From Candidatus Heimdallarchaeota archaeon (lineage in GTDB: Archaea; Asgardarchaeota; Heimdallarchaeia; JABLTI01), in assembly GCA_030614005.1 (NCBI GenBank), contig JAUWKS010000021.1, forward strand, positions 19,345 through 51,344: a stretch of DNA of 32,000 nt. Reading direction: 5' to 3'. Numbering within the stretch: the first letter of the stretch is position 1; every line of letters starts with the position of its first letter. The notes below the pieces were generated by a model, which saw only the letters and a program-made list of their open reading frames with translations, was not told the DNA's origin and did not search any database. The translations under genes were made by a program, and so were the position numbers. Positions 1-8,416 of the stretch are shown here, one piece after another.

Positions 1-48
1 GTTTGAGTGATTTTCTCGAAACTTATGAGATAAACAGGAGCAGCAAAA

Positions 49-450
49 ATGTCAAGATTTTCCTTATCAAAAATCAGTGAAAAAAGAGCAAAGAAAGGTT
101 TGAGAAAACAGATCATAAGCATATTTAGTATTATTGCAGACAAAATGGGACCACAAGTTGATTCAGTGGCTTCTCCATATGAAAGTGCTCCTATATTTAA
201 TGATAGAGAAATTTCAATCTTATTCACTGCAGTAACAATGCTAGATATTCACGAGATGTCAATGGGAGAACTGAAATTACTGTTTGAGATAGAAGACTAT
301 ACAATGTCAGATGGACGCCCTTCAAAAAAGGTTTTTGTTGTTGTTTGTGGGTGTGAAGCTGTAAGCAGTCAAGTAAGAACAATGGTCAGAAATTTGATTC
401 ATAGTTCAGATGTGGCAGTAAAGAATCTTGAAAATATTATGGAAAGATAA
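49..450 (+). CDS. Hypothetical protein, possibly longin/uDENN-like
   Basis: 133-aa ORF with an AGGAG RBS-like site upstream. The segment IFSIIADKMGPQV loosely resembles the longin/uDENN 'F-D-x-x-x-G-P' start; the fold call is weak. Confidence 0.55.
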   Translation: MSRFSLSKISEKRAKKGLRKQIISIFSIIADKMGPQVDSVASPYESAPIFNDREISILFTAVTMLDIHEMSMGELKLLFEIEDYTMSDGRPSKKVFVVVCGCEAVSSQVRTMVRNLIHSSDVAVKNLENIMER

Positions 451-505
451 GAAAACGTTACAAAAAATGCTTTATATTGTTTTTTAAACTCAAGAGTATT
501 CGTTT

Positions 506-886
506 TCAACAAAAGAATTTTGGTCTATCAGTAATGATTTCTTGCGAGTCTACTGGACATTTGGCTGTTGAGCATATTCCAGAGTTGTTTGTCGCAAAAA
601 ACAACTTCCGAAAATTTTTCAAAAGTTGTTGCCCGACCAAAGGGCGTTCTTGTGATAGCGAAAGGATTGCTAAGAATCTCTGCATAATATTTACAGATGC
701 ATTGATATCTCGGTCAATGGTTAATCCGCAATTCTCACATTTAATAGTTCGTTCATATAATTTCCTTTGTTCTTTCTTCCCACAATAACAGCATCTCTTT
801 GTCGTTCTTCTTTCACTGATGCTTATTACCTTCTTACCTACTCTTTCTGCTTTGTAGGTTAAGAATCGAGCAAATCGCCAAAGAAT
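506..886 (-). pseudogene. tnpB: IS200/IS605-family TnpB, C-terminal fragment (5'-truncated)
   Basis: Not in the ORF track because it has no start codon. Manual translation of the minus strand gives ILWRFARFLTYKAERVGKKVISISERRTTKRCCYCGKKEQRKLYERTIKCENCGLTIDRDINASVNIMQRF... This is the TnpB YKA helix, CxxC/CxxC Zn finger and RuvC-III DRD motif. The stop is at 506-508 and an upstream in-frame TGA lies at 908-910. Confidence 0.88.
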
Positions 887-1260
887 TGGCGGAGAAGGAA
901 AAGGAAATCAGAACGAGAGAAAAGGGGCTGAGGAGAGCCAAAAGGGTTGGGACAGAGGGCAGACAAAAAACGGCGCTCAGGCTTTTCTAAAAGATGAAAG
1001 GGTAAGGCATTGAAATTAAGGGTGGAATGGGAAGACCAACTGGGAGGAACAACAGGGGGCTTGGAGGAAGAAACACGCTTGACCAAAGAAAACAACAACA
1101 ACAGTAAAAAATAGCAAAAAAACTATTAAAAGACCAACAAGTCAAAAAGAAAAAAAGTCCCTAAGAGAGGAGAGAAAAAGAAGGAATTAAAGACGTAAGA
1201 ACAAAGAGAAAAAGGATAGAAAAACCTAACAAAAGAATTTTAAACAATTTAAGAAGGATT
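861..1260. other. Strongly purine-skewed, T-depleted non-coding tract
   Basis: Hand count gives about 49 T in 400 nt (12%) on the + strand, against about 46% T in 721-860. No credible ORF. Confidence 0.75.
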
Positions 1261-1319
1261 CTGCTCCAGAAAGAATATTTACTATATAATTTCGTTTAAG
1301 ATTATTAGAGGTACTAAAA

Positions 1320-2006
1320 TTGGCTATAGAACCAGATCAAATAACTGAAGACTTACTAATTGGTTTAGATGAATACTTGGCAGCCGGTGTACACATAGGT
1401 ACTCGTATAGGCACTAAATCAATGAAAAAATTCATTTATTTAATTAGAAGTGATGGACTTTACGTTTTAGATGTGCGAGCAACAGATAATAGAATAAGAA
1501 CGCTAGCAAAATTCCTAGCACGTTATGAACCCAATCAAGTTGCGATTTTCTCCGCAAGACAATATGGGCAAGTCCCAGGTAGTAAGCTTGCCAAAACGTG
1601 CGGATTTAGAAGTGTTCCCGGTAGATTTATTCCTGGAACTTTAACAAACCCAGAATTCGATGGTTTTATCGAACCTGAAGTTGTTCTCGTTACAGACCCT
1701 CGTGCAGATAAACAGGCAATTAAGGAAGCAAACAAAGTTGGAATCGTTGTTGCAGCGATGTGCGACACAGATAATGAAACCAAAGGTGTTGATATTCTTG
1801 TCCCATCCAACAACAAAGGTCGAAGATCTTTAGCATTAGTTTATTGGTTATTAGCAAGAGAAATCTTGAAAGCCCGAGGCGAAATTCCACCTGATGGAAC
1901 TCTTCCTCTCTCTGTTGAAGACTTTACCTTCAAAGTATTACCAAGCAGCATGCAGATTACTTCGAAAGGTGAAGAAGAGGGCGAACAAGTTAAAGAACAA
2001 ATGTAA
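1320..2006 (+). CDS. rps2: 30S ribosomal protein S2 (uS2, archaeal type)
   Basis: Motifs YLAAGVHIGT, GRFIPGTLTNP, EPEVVLVTDPRAD, DTDN and NNKGRRSLALVYWLLAREI; TTG start. Confidence 0.98.
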   Translation: MAIEPDQITEDLLIGLDEYLAAGVHIGTRIGTKSMKKFIYLIRSDGLYVLDVRATDNRIRTLAKFLARYEPNQVAIFSARQYGQVPGSKLAKTCGFRSVPGRFIPGTLTNPEFDGFIEPEVVLVTDPRADKQAIKEANKVGIVVAAMCDTDNETKGVDILVPSNNKGRRSLALVYWLLAREILKARGEIPPDGTLPLSVEDFTFKVLPSSMQITSKGEEEGEQVKEQM

Positions 2007-2010
2007 AGAA

Positions 2011-2110
2011 GTTGCATTTTGCAACCTTTTTCTTTTATTTTTCAATTTTAGTTTTACTTTTTGTTTTCTGCTTGTTTTTTCTTGTCAATAATAGAACACT
2101 GAAAAAAAAA
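2011..2110. terminator. Putative terminator region between convergent rps2 and presenilin genes
   Basis: Hairpin GTTGCA-TTT-TGCAAC (2011-2025) right after the rps2 stop, then long T tracts. An A9 run near 2102-2110 is a T run for the minus-strand gene. Confidence 0.55.
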
Positions 2111-2132
2111 GCTCTTAGCTGTTTTTTAAAAA

Positions 2133-3254
2133 TTAGACAGCTAAACTTAGCCAATCAGGAGAGATCCAACCCCACCCACTGTAACCAGCTAAAGCAAAGA
2201 TACCCCACACACCAAAAGCAAGTATTAATCCTAAACCAATAGATAAGGGTAAACCAGGCATCATTTGAACCTTCTCAAGAAGTTTTATTGTACCAATTGC
2301 TCCAACAACTACACCAATAAAAGCTCCAATAGCTGAGAAGAAACCTAGCCTAATAAGAGCAAAACTAATGAGCATGCCAAAAAACGCAAGATCACCTAAT
2401 CCCAATTCAATATAATCAGAATACTCATACTCAACCTCTGCTAGTGCAGTATCTATATTTGGTTCTGGAGTGTCAGATATATCTTCAACAGGAACGGTAA
2501 TTTCGGATTCTTCTGTTTCACTTGTTGGGTTTGGAGTTGATAGATTCTTTTGATATTTCTCATTTTCCCGTGCTTCACTTACTTCAGCAATTTTCTTAAT
2601 TGGTCCTTTAAAAACTGAGATAATATCATATATGCTTAGCCCAATCATGATAAAAACAGAAGCCAACATCGGTAGAAAAGTCGCTAGAAATGTTCCAGCT
2701 AAAACTGCGAAGAGCATTGCCATTACTTGAGATATTGGTTCTGCTGTCAACGTGTAAACCATTGAGACTACTGTAAAGATAGCATAAGCTAAACCAACAA
2801 CAAGTGCAATTGAGATTATAACCCAGTCAGTTGAAACTTGGAAAACTCCTCCCGGTAAAAAGATATCAAGGAAGAAATAAGGAGTACTATAAACTAAAAG
2901 AAAGACAAAGAAAAACGATGTAACTGCAATGGCAACTGCAAAGAAAGCTTTCAATAGTTTGATCTTTCCATACTTGAAAATTAAGAAAATCACAAAAGCT
3001 CCAATAAAAGCTATTCCAACATAAAATAATGCATTTAATGCAGCAGCACCTGGAGTATCACCTGGTACTGGTGTTGCCGGAGGAGGTCCACCACCACCAC
3101 TTGCATCTGAATTAAAATAACCAAGAATGATTATGCTGCACAAGCCACTTAATACAGATATAATCATAATAGGAATTGATAATGAGATAAATTTCTTTTT
3201 AATGGTCACACTAAATGTTCCCAATTGACTGGCATAACCCATTTTTAGTACCAA
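2133..3254 (-). CDS. Presenilin-family (A22) intramembrane aspartyl protease
   Basis: About 9 TM segments. YD motif (IYDIISVFKGP), GxGD motif (ELGLGDLAF), PAL-equivalent PGLP, and an acidic hydrophilic loop between the two Asp motifs. Confidence 0.93.
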   Translation of the reverse strand: MVLKMGYASQLGTFSVTIKKKFISLSIPIMIISVLSGLCSIIILGYFNSDASGGGGPPPATPVPGDTPGAAALNALFYVGIAFIGAFVIFLIFKYGKIKLLKAFFAVAIAVTSFFFVFLLVYSTPYFFLDIFLPGGVFQVSTDWVIISIALVVGLAYAIFTVVSMVYTLTAEPISQVMAMLFAVLAGTFLATFLPMLASVFIMIGLSIYDIISVFKGPIKKIAEVSEARENEKYQKNLSTPNPTSETEESEITVPVEDISDTPEPNIDTALAEVEYEYSDYIELGLGDLAFFGMLISFALIRLGFFSAIGAFIGVVVGAIGTIKLLEKVQMMPGLPLSIGLGLILAFGVWGIFALAGYSGWGWISPDWLSLAV

Positions 3255-3400
3255 CTAATTATTAGACTATTCATCTAAGAAAATAGAGAATATCTATTGA
3301 AAGAATACTCGCTATACAAAAAAAGCTTTGCTTATAGAGGAATAAAAAAAGGATGAGAAAAGAAAGAAAAAAAGCTTTCTTTCTTTCATATTTTTGGAAA

Positions 3401-5425
3401 TTAGTTTCTCTTTTTCTTGCGAATAAAGATAACAATCACTGAGAAAATAGTCAATCCAGCAAAGAATGCCAGTGGTCCAAGGAATGGTGTTTGAGCAGTA
3501 AGTAGTGGACTAGTAGTAAGAATATGTGTTCCATTAAGACCTGTTGTGACAAACATATAACCATTTCTAACAGTAAAACCTGTTTCAGTGCCAGCAAATG
3601 TATCAAAAGTTCCAATCAACTTAGGATGAGCAATGTTAAATGCATCAAATAGACTAAAACCAAAAGTGGCATCTAAAAGGTAGATAAAGTCACCATCAAC
3701 ACAGATATCAAATGGTGATAAATAAGTAAAGTATTGACCTACTTTTGCGGGAGAAGTAATATCAGTGGTTATATCAATAATATCAAATCCTTCACCAAGT
3801 GATACAGCGTAAATATAGTCTTCAGAAACGGCTAGAGAATAGTAAAATGAAGTATCTCGTGTATAATTAGCTATTGGTTCTGGTTCATATGGATTACTCA
3901 AATCTATAATCTGTAAATAACCTCCAGTGGCTAGATATAGAGTATTTCCTATCATCTCAGCATCGTAGACGTTACCTACTTCTTGATATAACAAAGATAG
4001 TTGTGGATAATCAGGATAGTAAACATCGATTATGCTTAGACCTGCACCACCATGTGAAACGAAAACGTATTCATCGTTTGCATAGATGTCTTCAAAACCT
4101 CCGGGCAGTGTGATATTACCCCTTTCAACGGGATTTGTTGGATCAGTTACATCAACTATTCGAAGACCAAAACTGGATTCAATGAGATATGCAAAACCAT
4201 TATTCACATAAACGTGACTAAAAGCACCATTTTCATCAAAGAATTGTCCAACTTCTACTGGATTTTCAAAATCAGTTATATCCACTATTTGGAGATTCGA
4301 ACCATCAGCGACATACGCATAGCTTCCGTCTAGGAAAACGTCATATGCATAACCATCGAATTGATCTACCCAAACTAAAGATATATCCATCAAGTCAGAT
4401 GAATCGAGGATTTCCAATGAAGTGTCATCCCAGAGAAAGATATTTTCTCCTACTATTAGGAAATTGACGGATGTGAAAGTGTCCTTATAGGTTGTATAGT
4501 AAAGTGGAGCGCTCGTATTTGAAATATCAATTATTTCAATGGTTAACTGATTATTTACAAGAAGGTAATTATCTGTAACCCAAAGGTCAGCATCGCCACC
4601 AGTATGATTGAGAGCAAAGTCAATTAAATAAGCAGGTGTAGCAGGTAAAGTTACGTTCCAAACGTAAACATCATTTGAATCAGTCATATACAATGTATCA
4701 TTTGAATAGAGAAAATTGTCTAGACCAGCGTAATATATATCTGTCAGATAACTCATTGTAGTAACATCAGATACATTTAGTATTCGTACACGATTTGAAT
4801 CTTCAAGATAAACAATATCATCATCAAGTTGGAAGTCTGTTAAACCAGTTTGAGTATAACTATCAGTTTGAGTTGGGGTTGTATAATCTGTGATATTGTA
4901 TATTTCGTAATTAAAAATAGTTGTTAGATGAACATAGTTTCCATCTACTAAGATATTATTAATTTGATTAGATGCTGTCCAGTTGCAAATAACATTCATA
5001 TTACTGAAATCAGATGCATCTAGTATATAGACTTGTGTAAGATTTGCTGCATAAATTAAATCACTCTCAACGTAAAGATATCTGCACTGGTAAGTGTCCC
5101 ATTCAGCAACTACTCGAGGTGCTGCTAAGTCTGAAACATCTACTATGATAAATCCATTTACTCCAAGTGTTAAATATGCATTATTCCCTTCTACAACTAC
5201 ATCCATGATTGTTCCGTAGTTGTCATCCCAATAGGCCAGTTCTGTTATGTTTGTTGAATCTATTGGTGCTTTTTTCTTAGCATTTATTTCAAAATCAGTA
5301 TCATTGTTTGTTGTTGCACTCAGAAAAGTTATCTGATTATTAATAAAAAATGGCAACAGAAAAATAACAATAAAGATTAATGCTATAAATCTATTTTTTC
5401 GGCTTCTAAATATTTTTGTATTCAT
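3401..5425 (-). CDS. LVIVD-repeat surface protein with signal peptide and C-terminal TM anchor
   Basis: Repeats FIIVDVSD, LQIVDITD, LRIVDVTDP, LSIIDV and LQIIDLSNP with YAYVAD-type strands. Hydrophobic N-terminus; C-terminal TM helix followed by RKKKRN. Confidence 0.87.
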   Translation of the reverse strand: MNTKIFRSRKNRFIALIFIVIFLLPFFINNQITFLSATTNNDTDFEINAKKKAPIDSTNITELAYWDDNYGTIMDVVVEGNNAYLTLGVNGFIIVDVSDLAAPRVVAEWDTYQCRYLYVESDLIYAANLTQVYILDASDFSNMNVICNWTASNQINNILVDGNYVHLTTIFNYEIYNITDYTTPTQTDSYTQTGLTDFQLDDDIVYLEDSNRVRILNVSDVTTMSYLTDIYYAGLDNFLYSNDTLYMTDSNDVYVWNVTLPATPAYLIDFALNHTGGDADLWVTDNYLLVNNQLTIEIIDISNTSAPLYYTTYKDTFTSVNFLIVGENIFLWDDTSLEILDSSDLMDISLVWVDQFDGYAYDVFLDGSYAYVADGSNLQIVDITDFENPVEVGQFFDENGAFSHVYVNNGFAYLIESSFGLRIVDVTDPTNPVERGNITLPGGFEDIYANDEYVFVSHGGAGLSIIDVYYPDYPQLSLLYQEVGNVYDAEMIGNTLYLATGGYLQIIDLSNPYEPEPIANYTRDTSFYYSLAVSEDYIYAVSLGEGFDIIDITTDITSPAKVGQYFTYLSPFDICVDGDFIYLLDATFGFSLFDAFNIAHPKLIGTFDTFAGTETGFTVRNGYMFVTTGLNGTHILTTSPLLTAQTPFLGPLAFFAGLTIFSVIVIFIRKKKRN

Positions 5426-5579
5426 GGCATATTCCGCCTGTTTAGCTTAACTCTCTATTCCATTTCTGGATTAAAAAACGCTATCTTAACGGAAGCTCTT
5501 TTACTTAAAAAATATTTTTCTATGAGCTTGTTTTGAGTTGTAAAAAGAAAAAAATATTATTAAAAAAGCAACGAAAAAA

Positions 5580-5816
5580 TTATTTTGCTTCTTCTGTTTG
5601 TGCTTTTTCTTCGCCTTCACTGGGTTTTTTGATAAAAGCAACTACTAATATAATCAAAGCGAGCCCAAAAATAACGATTCCAATCCACATGACCCATTCA
5701 GGCCAAACAATTAAATCTGCTTCATTGTAGAAAATAGCACCAACAATGATCATTACCAAACCAATTATTCCTTCGACTCCTGCGGCGATTAAAGGACTTT
5801 TTCTCATTTTTTGCAC
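5580..5816 (-). CDS. Small two-TM membrane protein
   Basis: 78 aa with two hydrophobic helices and a charged tail; fills the intergenic gap on the same strand as its neighbours. Confidence 0.65.
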   Translation of the reverse strand: MQKMRKSPLIAAGVEGIIGLVMIIVGAIFYNEADLIVWPEWVMWIGIVIFGLALIILVVAFIKKPSEGEEKAQTEEAK

Positions 5817-5930
5817 AACCTTAGCTAATTAACAATCTCAATTATATACCTTTAGAGTATCTTTACCCTTTTTGAATTTTATTCCTAAAATGATGATTTA
5901 TGTAAGAACACTAAAAAGTACAATATTTAT

Positions 5931-8231
5931 TTAGAATGCTTGCTTAATTTTTGCAGCAATGTCCTTTTGCTCATTTTTTATAATTTCAATTACTAGCTCA
6001 GGAAAATGAGGTTCATACTTGCTGAATAGTTCTCTAATTTCCTGCTTTGTTGGTTCTCTGTCCCCTAAAGAATTGAAAGCTTGAACGATTTTTCTTACAT
6101 CATTAAACATATTATTAATATTATCACGAATAAATTTCGGTCTTTCTTTTGATCTCCTTCGCCACATTTTACGTAACAATTCATGGAGAAATTCCGATCG
6201 AGGTCCACCATAGGCACTCATTGATCTAAGATTAACTTTCACTGCTTCTCTAAAGAGTTTATCAGTTCCTTCTTGTGCGCCCATTAAATCAAATTCTTTA
6301 AGATTTATTCCAGCAAAATTCGTTGTCCATACTTGTGCATTGATTGCTTTATTCGGTGCAAAAATTGACAAGGCTTCAATAACATGTAATACATCCAATG
6401 GGTCATCTCCAATAACAACAACTGGATACCCAACAACTATTGCTCGCACAATGATATCTAGTCCTTTCCGAATATAAAATCCTGCAATGTATGCACAATC
6501 TTTGTGTAATCGAACAAGTTTTTCACTTAAAGTTAAACCTGCTTCTAATGTTGCTACTCCGAATGTTTTCTTTACCTCATTCAGATATAAATCAGGAGGT
6601 CTACCTTCTATTTTCAGAGTATTTATATCTCGACCAACTTTGAGTAAGATTGAAGAAGTATTAGTAACTTCTTTTACCAGTTCCTTTGGGTCAGTTATTT
6701 TACGTATTTTCTTGACTAAGCTTCTGGAGAATTCAGAGGAAGAACCACTAGTAACTTTCTTTTGATCTAAATCAACAATTGTAGCCCATGAATAATATTT
6801 GAGTAAATGTTTAGGAACATAAACAACATCTGCATCCTTTGGATGGACAAAAATATCGCTTTTAATACATCGAAGAGATCTATGTGGAGCAAGAAGAGTC
6901 AAAGTTTCAAATATTTTATCCACTAAACCATTAGTGGTCACTTCAGGTGTATCACCAGTAACAACTACTAAATCCCCCATTAATAAAGCTTCGAAAATAT
7001 TTTCAAGGTCTTTTTTAATCATTGAGTTTAATAGAAAAGGGTCTTTGTTTTTATCATTAGGAACCCTAATTTTACCGGAATTATACCCTTTTTCTCTTCG
7101 AAGGGACTGTGAAGGAAGAGAACCATTCTTAGGGATGATTATTGTCATTTTATGATTACGATCGATTTCTTGGGCGATAGGATCAATTTTCAGCTTAACG
7201 CCTTTAGATTCTTTCTCGTCTTTATCGGGTTCTACAGTATCTTTCAGTTTTGGTTCAATACCATTGGTCAATGTAGGGACTTTCATCTCACCTTGAGATG
7301 CAGCATAAAGTCCTGAACTTGTAGAACCTTGTCTATCACTATCTTTTTCCAAGCTAGGGGGGGCCATCATTGCAGATTCTATTGTATCATATTTTGTATT
7401 TGTTTTTTCGACAACTTGTGCATCATCTAAGCTAAATTTAGGTGTTACTTCCTTACTCGGGGAAAATGCTTTTGTAACATCCAATGATGATTGAGAGAAA
7501 TCCTGCGAAGTATCTGAAGAAACTGCTGTATCAGGTGAAATTTCACCTGATTTTTCTGTGGGTGCCTTTCGAGTTAGAATTTTAGAAGATTCATCGGAAT
7601 CAAATGGTTTAATCGAAAAATATGATTTATTAGAAATTGTTGTTATATAGAGATATCCTCTTTGGTAGACTTCACGTAACTGCCTTTCAACTTCTGCAGA
7701 TGAAATTCCTGTTACTTGAGAAACCATATCAGGAGTAACAACTTTCATTTTTACCAGTACAAGTGTAACCATTTGTAACTCATTTGGTAAATTCAAAACT
7801 TCAAATGCATCAAGATCTTTTCGATTGCCAAAGGCTTCAATTTTCCTTTGGTCAAAAGCTTTTGATAATTCTACTAGTACTGAATCAAAGCTTCTAAATT
7901 GAGAGATATTTTTTCCATCAAAAGTAACACTAACATCATGTGGAAAAGCTTTGAAAAACCGATCTTCTAATTCAGGGAGAAATATAGATGGAACGCTTGT
8001 TTCATCGAAATCTGCCCCTATAACAAATAGAACGGAGTTATTAGAATGATAATAATATTTAGTGTCTTCCAAGATTATATCTTGTACTTTTTCAGTGAAT
8101 TTACTAGTTGGTCCACTAAGCCACCCATAAAATTTTTCTAATCGATCTCTTTCCTCTTGATCAGTTATTTTTATGAATTTCATACCTGCAACGGGTGTGT
8201 CTTTAATGAGTATCCATACGAACTGTATCAT
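5931..8231 (-). CDS. Multidomain protein: longin-like domain, winged HTH, linker, two DENN-core-like repeats
   Basis: N-terminal longin-like pattern (YYYHSNNSVLFVIGAD...FLPELEDRFFKAF). wHTH (VTPDMVSQVTGISSAEVERQLREVYQRGYL). Two similar segments, IFEALLMGDLVVVTG...IFETLTLLAP and IVRAIVVGYPVVVIG...VIEALSIFAP, resemble the folliculin/DENN core. The ORF is certain; the domain calls are inferred. Confidence 0.62.
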   Translation of the reverse strand: MIQFVWILIKDTPVAGMKFIKITDQEERDRLEKFYGWLSGPTSKFTEKVQDIILEDTKYYYHSNNSVLFVIGADFDETSVPSIFLPELEDRFFKAFPHDVSVTFDGKNISQFRSFDSVLVELSKAFDQRKIEAFGNRKDLDAFEVLNLPNELQMVTLVLVKMKVVTPDMVSQVTGISSAEVERQLREVYQRGYLYITTISNKSYFSIKPFDSDESSKILTRKAPTEKSGEISPDTAVSSDTSQDFSQSSLDVTKAFSPSKEVTPKFSLDDAQVVEKTNTKYDTIESAMMAPPSLEKDSDRQGSTSSGLYAASQGEMKVPTLTNGIEPKLKDTVEPDKDEKESKGVKLKIDPIAQEIDRNHKMTIIIPKNGSLPSQSLRREKGYNSGKIRVPNDKNKDPFLLNSMIKKDLENIFEALLMGDLVVVTGDTPEVTTNGLVDKIFETLTLLAPHRSLRCIKSDIFVHPKDADVVYVPKHLLKYYSWATIVDLDQKKVTSGSSSEFSRSLVKKIRKITDPKELVKEVTNTSSILLKVGRDINTLKIEGRPPDLYLNEVKKTFGVATLEAGLTLSEKLVRLHKDCAYIAGFYIRKGLDIIVRAIVVGYPVVVIGDDPLDVLHVIEALSIFAPNKAINAQVWTTNFAGINLKEFDLMGAQEGTDKLFREAVKVNLRSMSAYGGPRSEFLHELLRKMWRRRSKERPKFIRDNINNMFNDVRKIVQAFNSLGDREPTKQEIRELFSKYEPHFPELVIEIIKNEQKDIAAKIKQAF

Positions 8232-8416
8232 TACCTAGTGACCTTCATATTCATCTCAGGTTATTTGCAATATTAGTTATTTAGCTAGTTTTTGATATTT
8301 TGCAAAGTTTAGTTATCGTGATGTTGGTGTTAAGAGTAATGAGGTGAGTCTCTTTATTAAGTTTAATCGTCAAAATAAATGCTTGCTTAGATGAGCATTG
8401 ATTAATTAGCAGCTAA

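Noticed and set aside
477-788. 103-aa + strand ORF
   Set aside because: It is the antisense shadow of the TnpB fragment.
815-860. Polypyrimidine tract ending in TGTAG that looks like a spliceosomal 3' splice site
   Set aside because: Fully explained as the antisense of Lys/Arg/Glu-rich TnpB codons; no spliceosomal introns are expected in an archaeon.
859-1101. 80-aa - strand ORF, and K/E/R-rich + strand frames in the purine tract
   Set aside because: Products of compositional skew; the + frames have stops and no start, and there are no motifs.
1894-2242. Short hydrophobic ORFs 1894-2091 and 2012-2242
   Set aside because: They arise from the T-rich terminator tract and overlap real genes.
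8250-8320. Imperfect direct repeat TTTGCAA..TTAGTTAT upstream of the DENN-like gene
   Set aside because: Only two short AT-rich copies, so it cannot be distinguished from chance.
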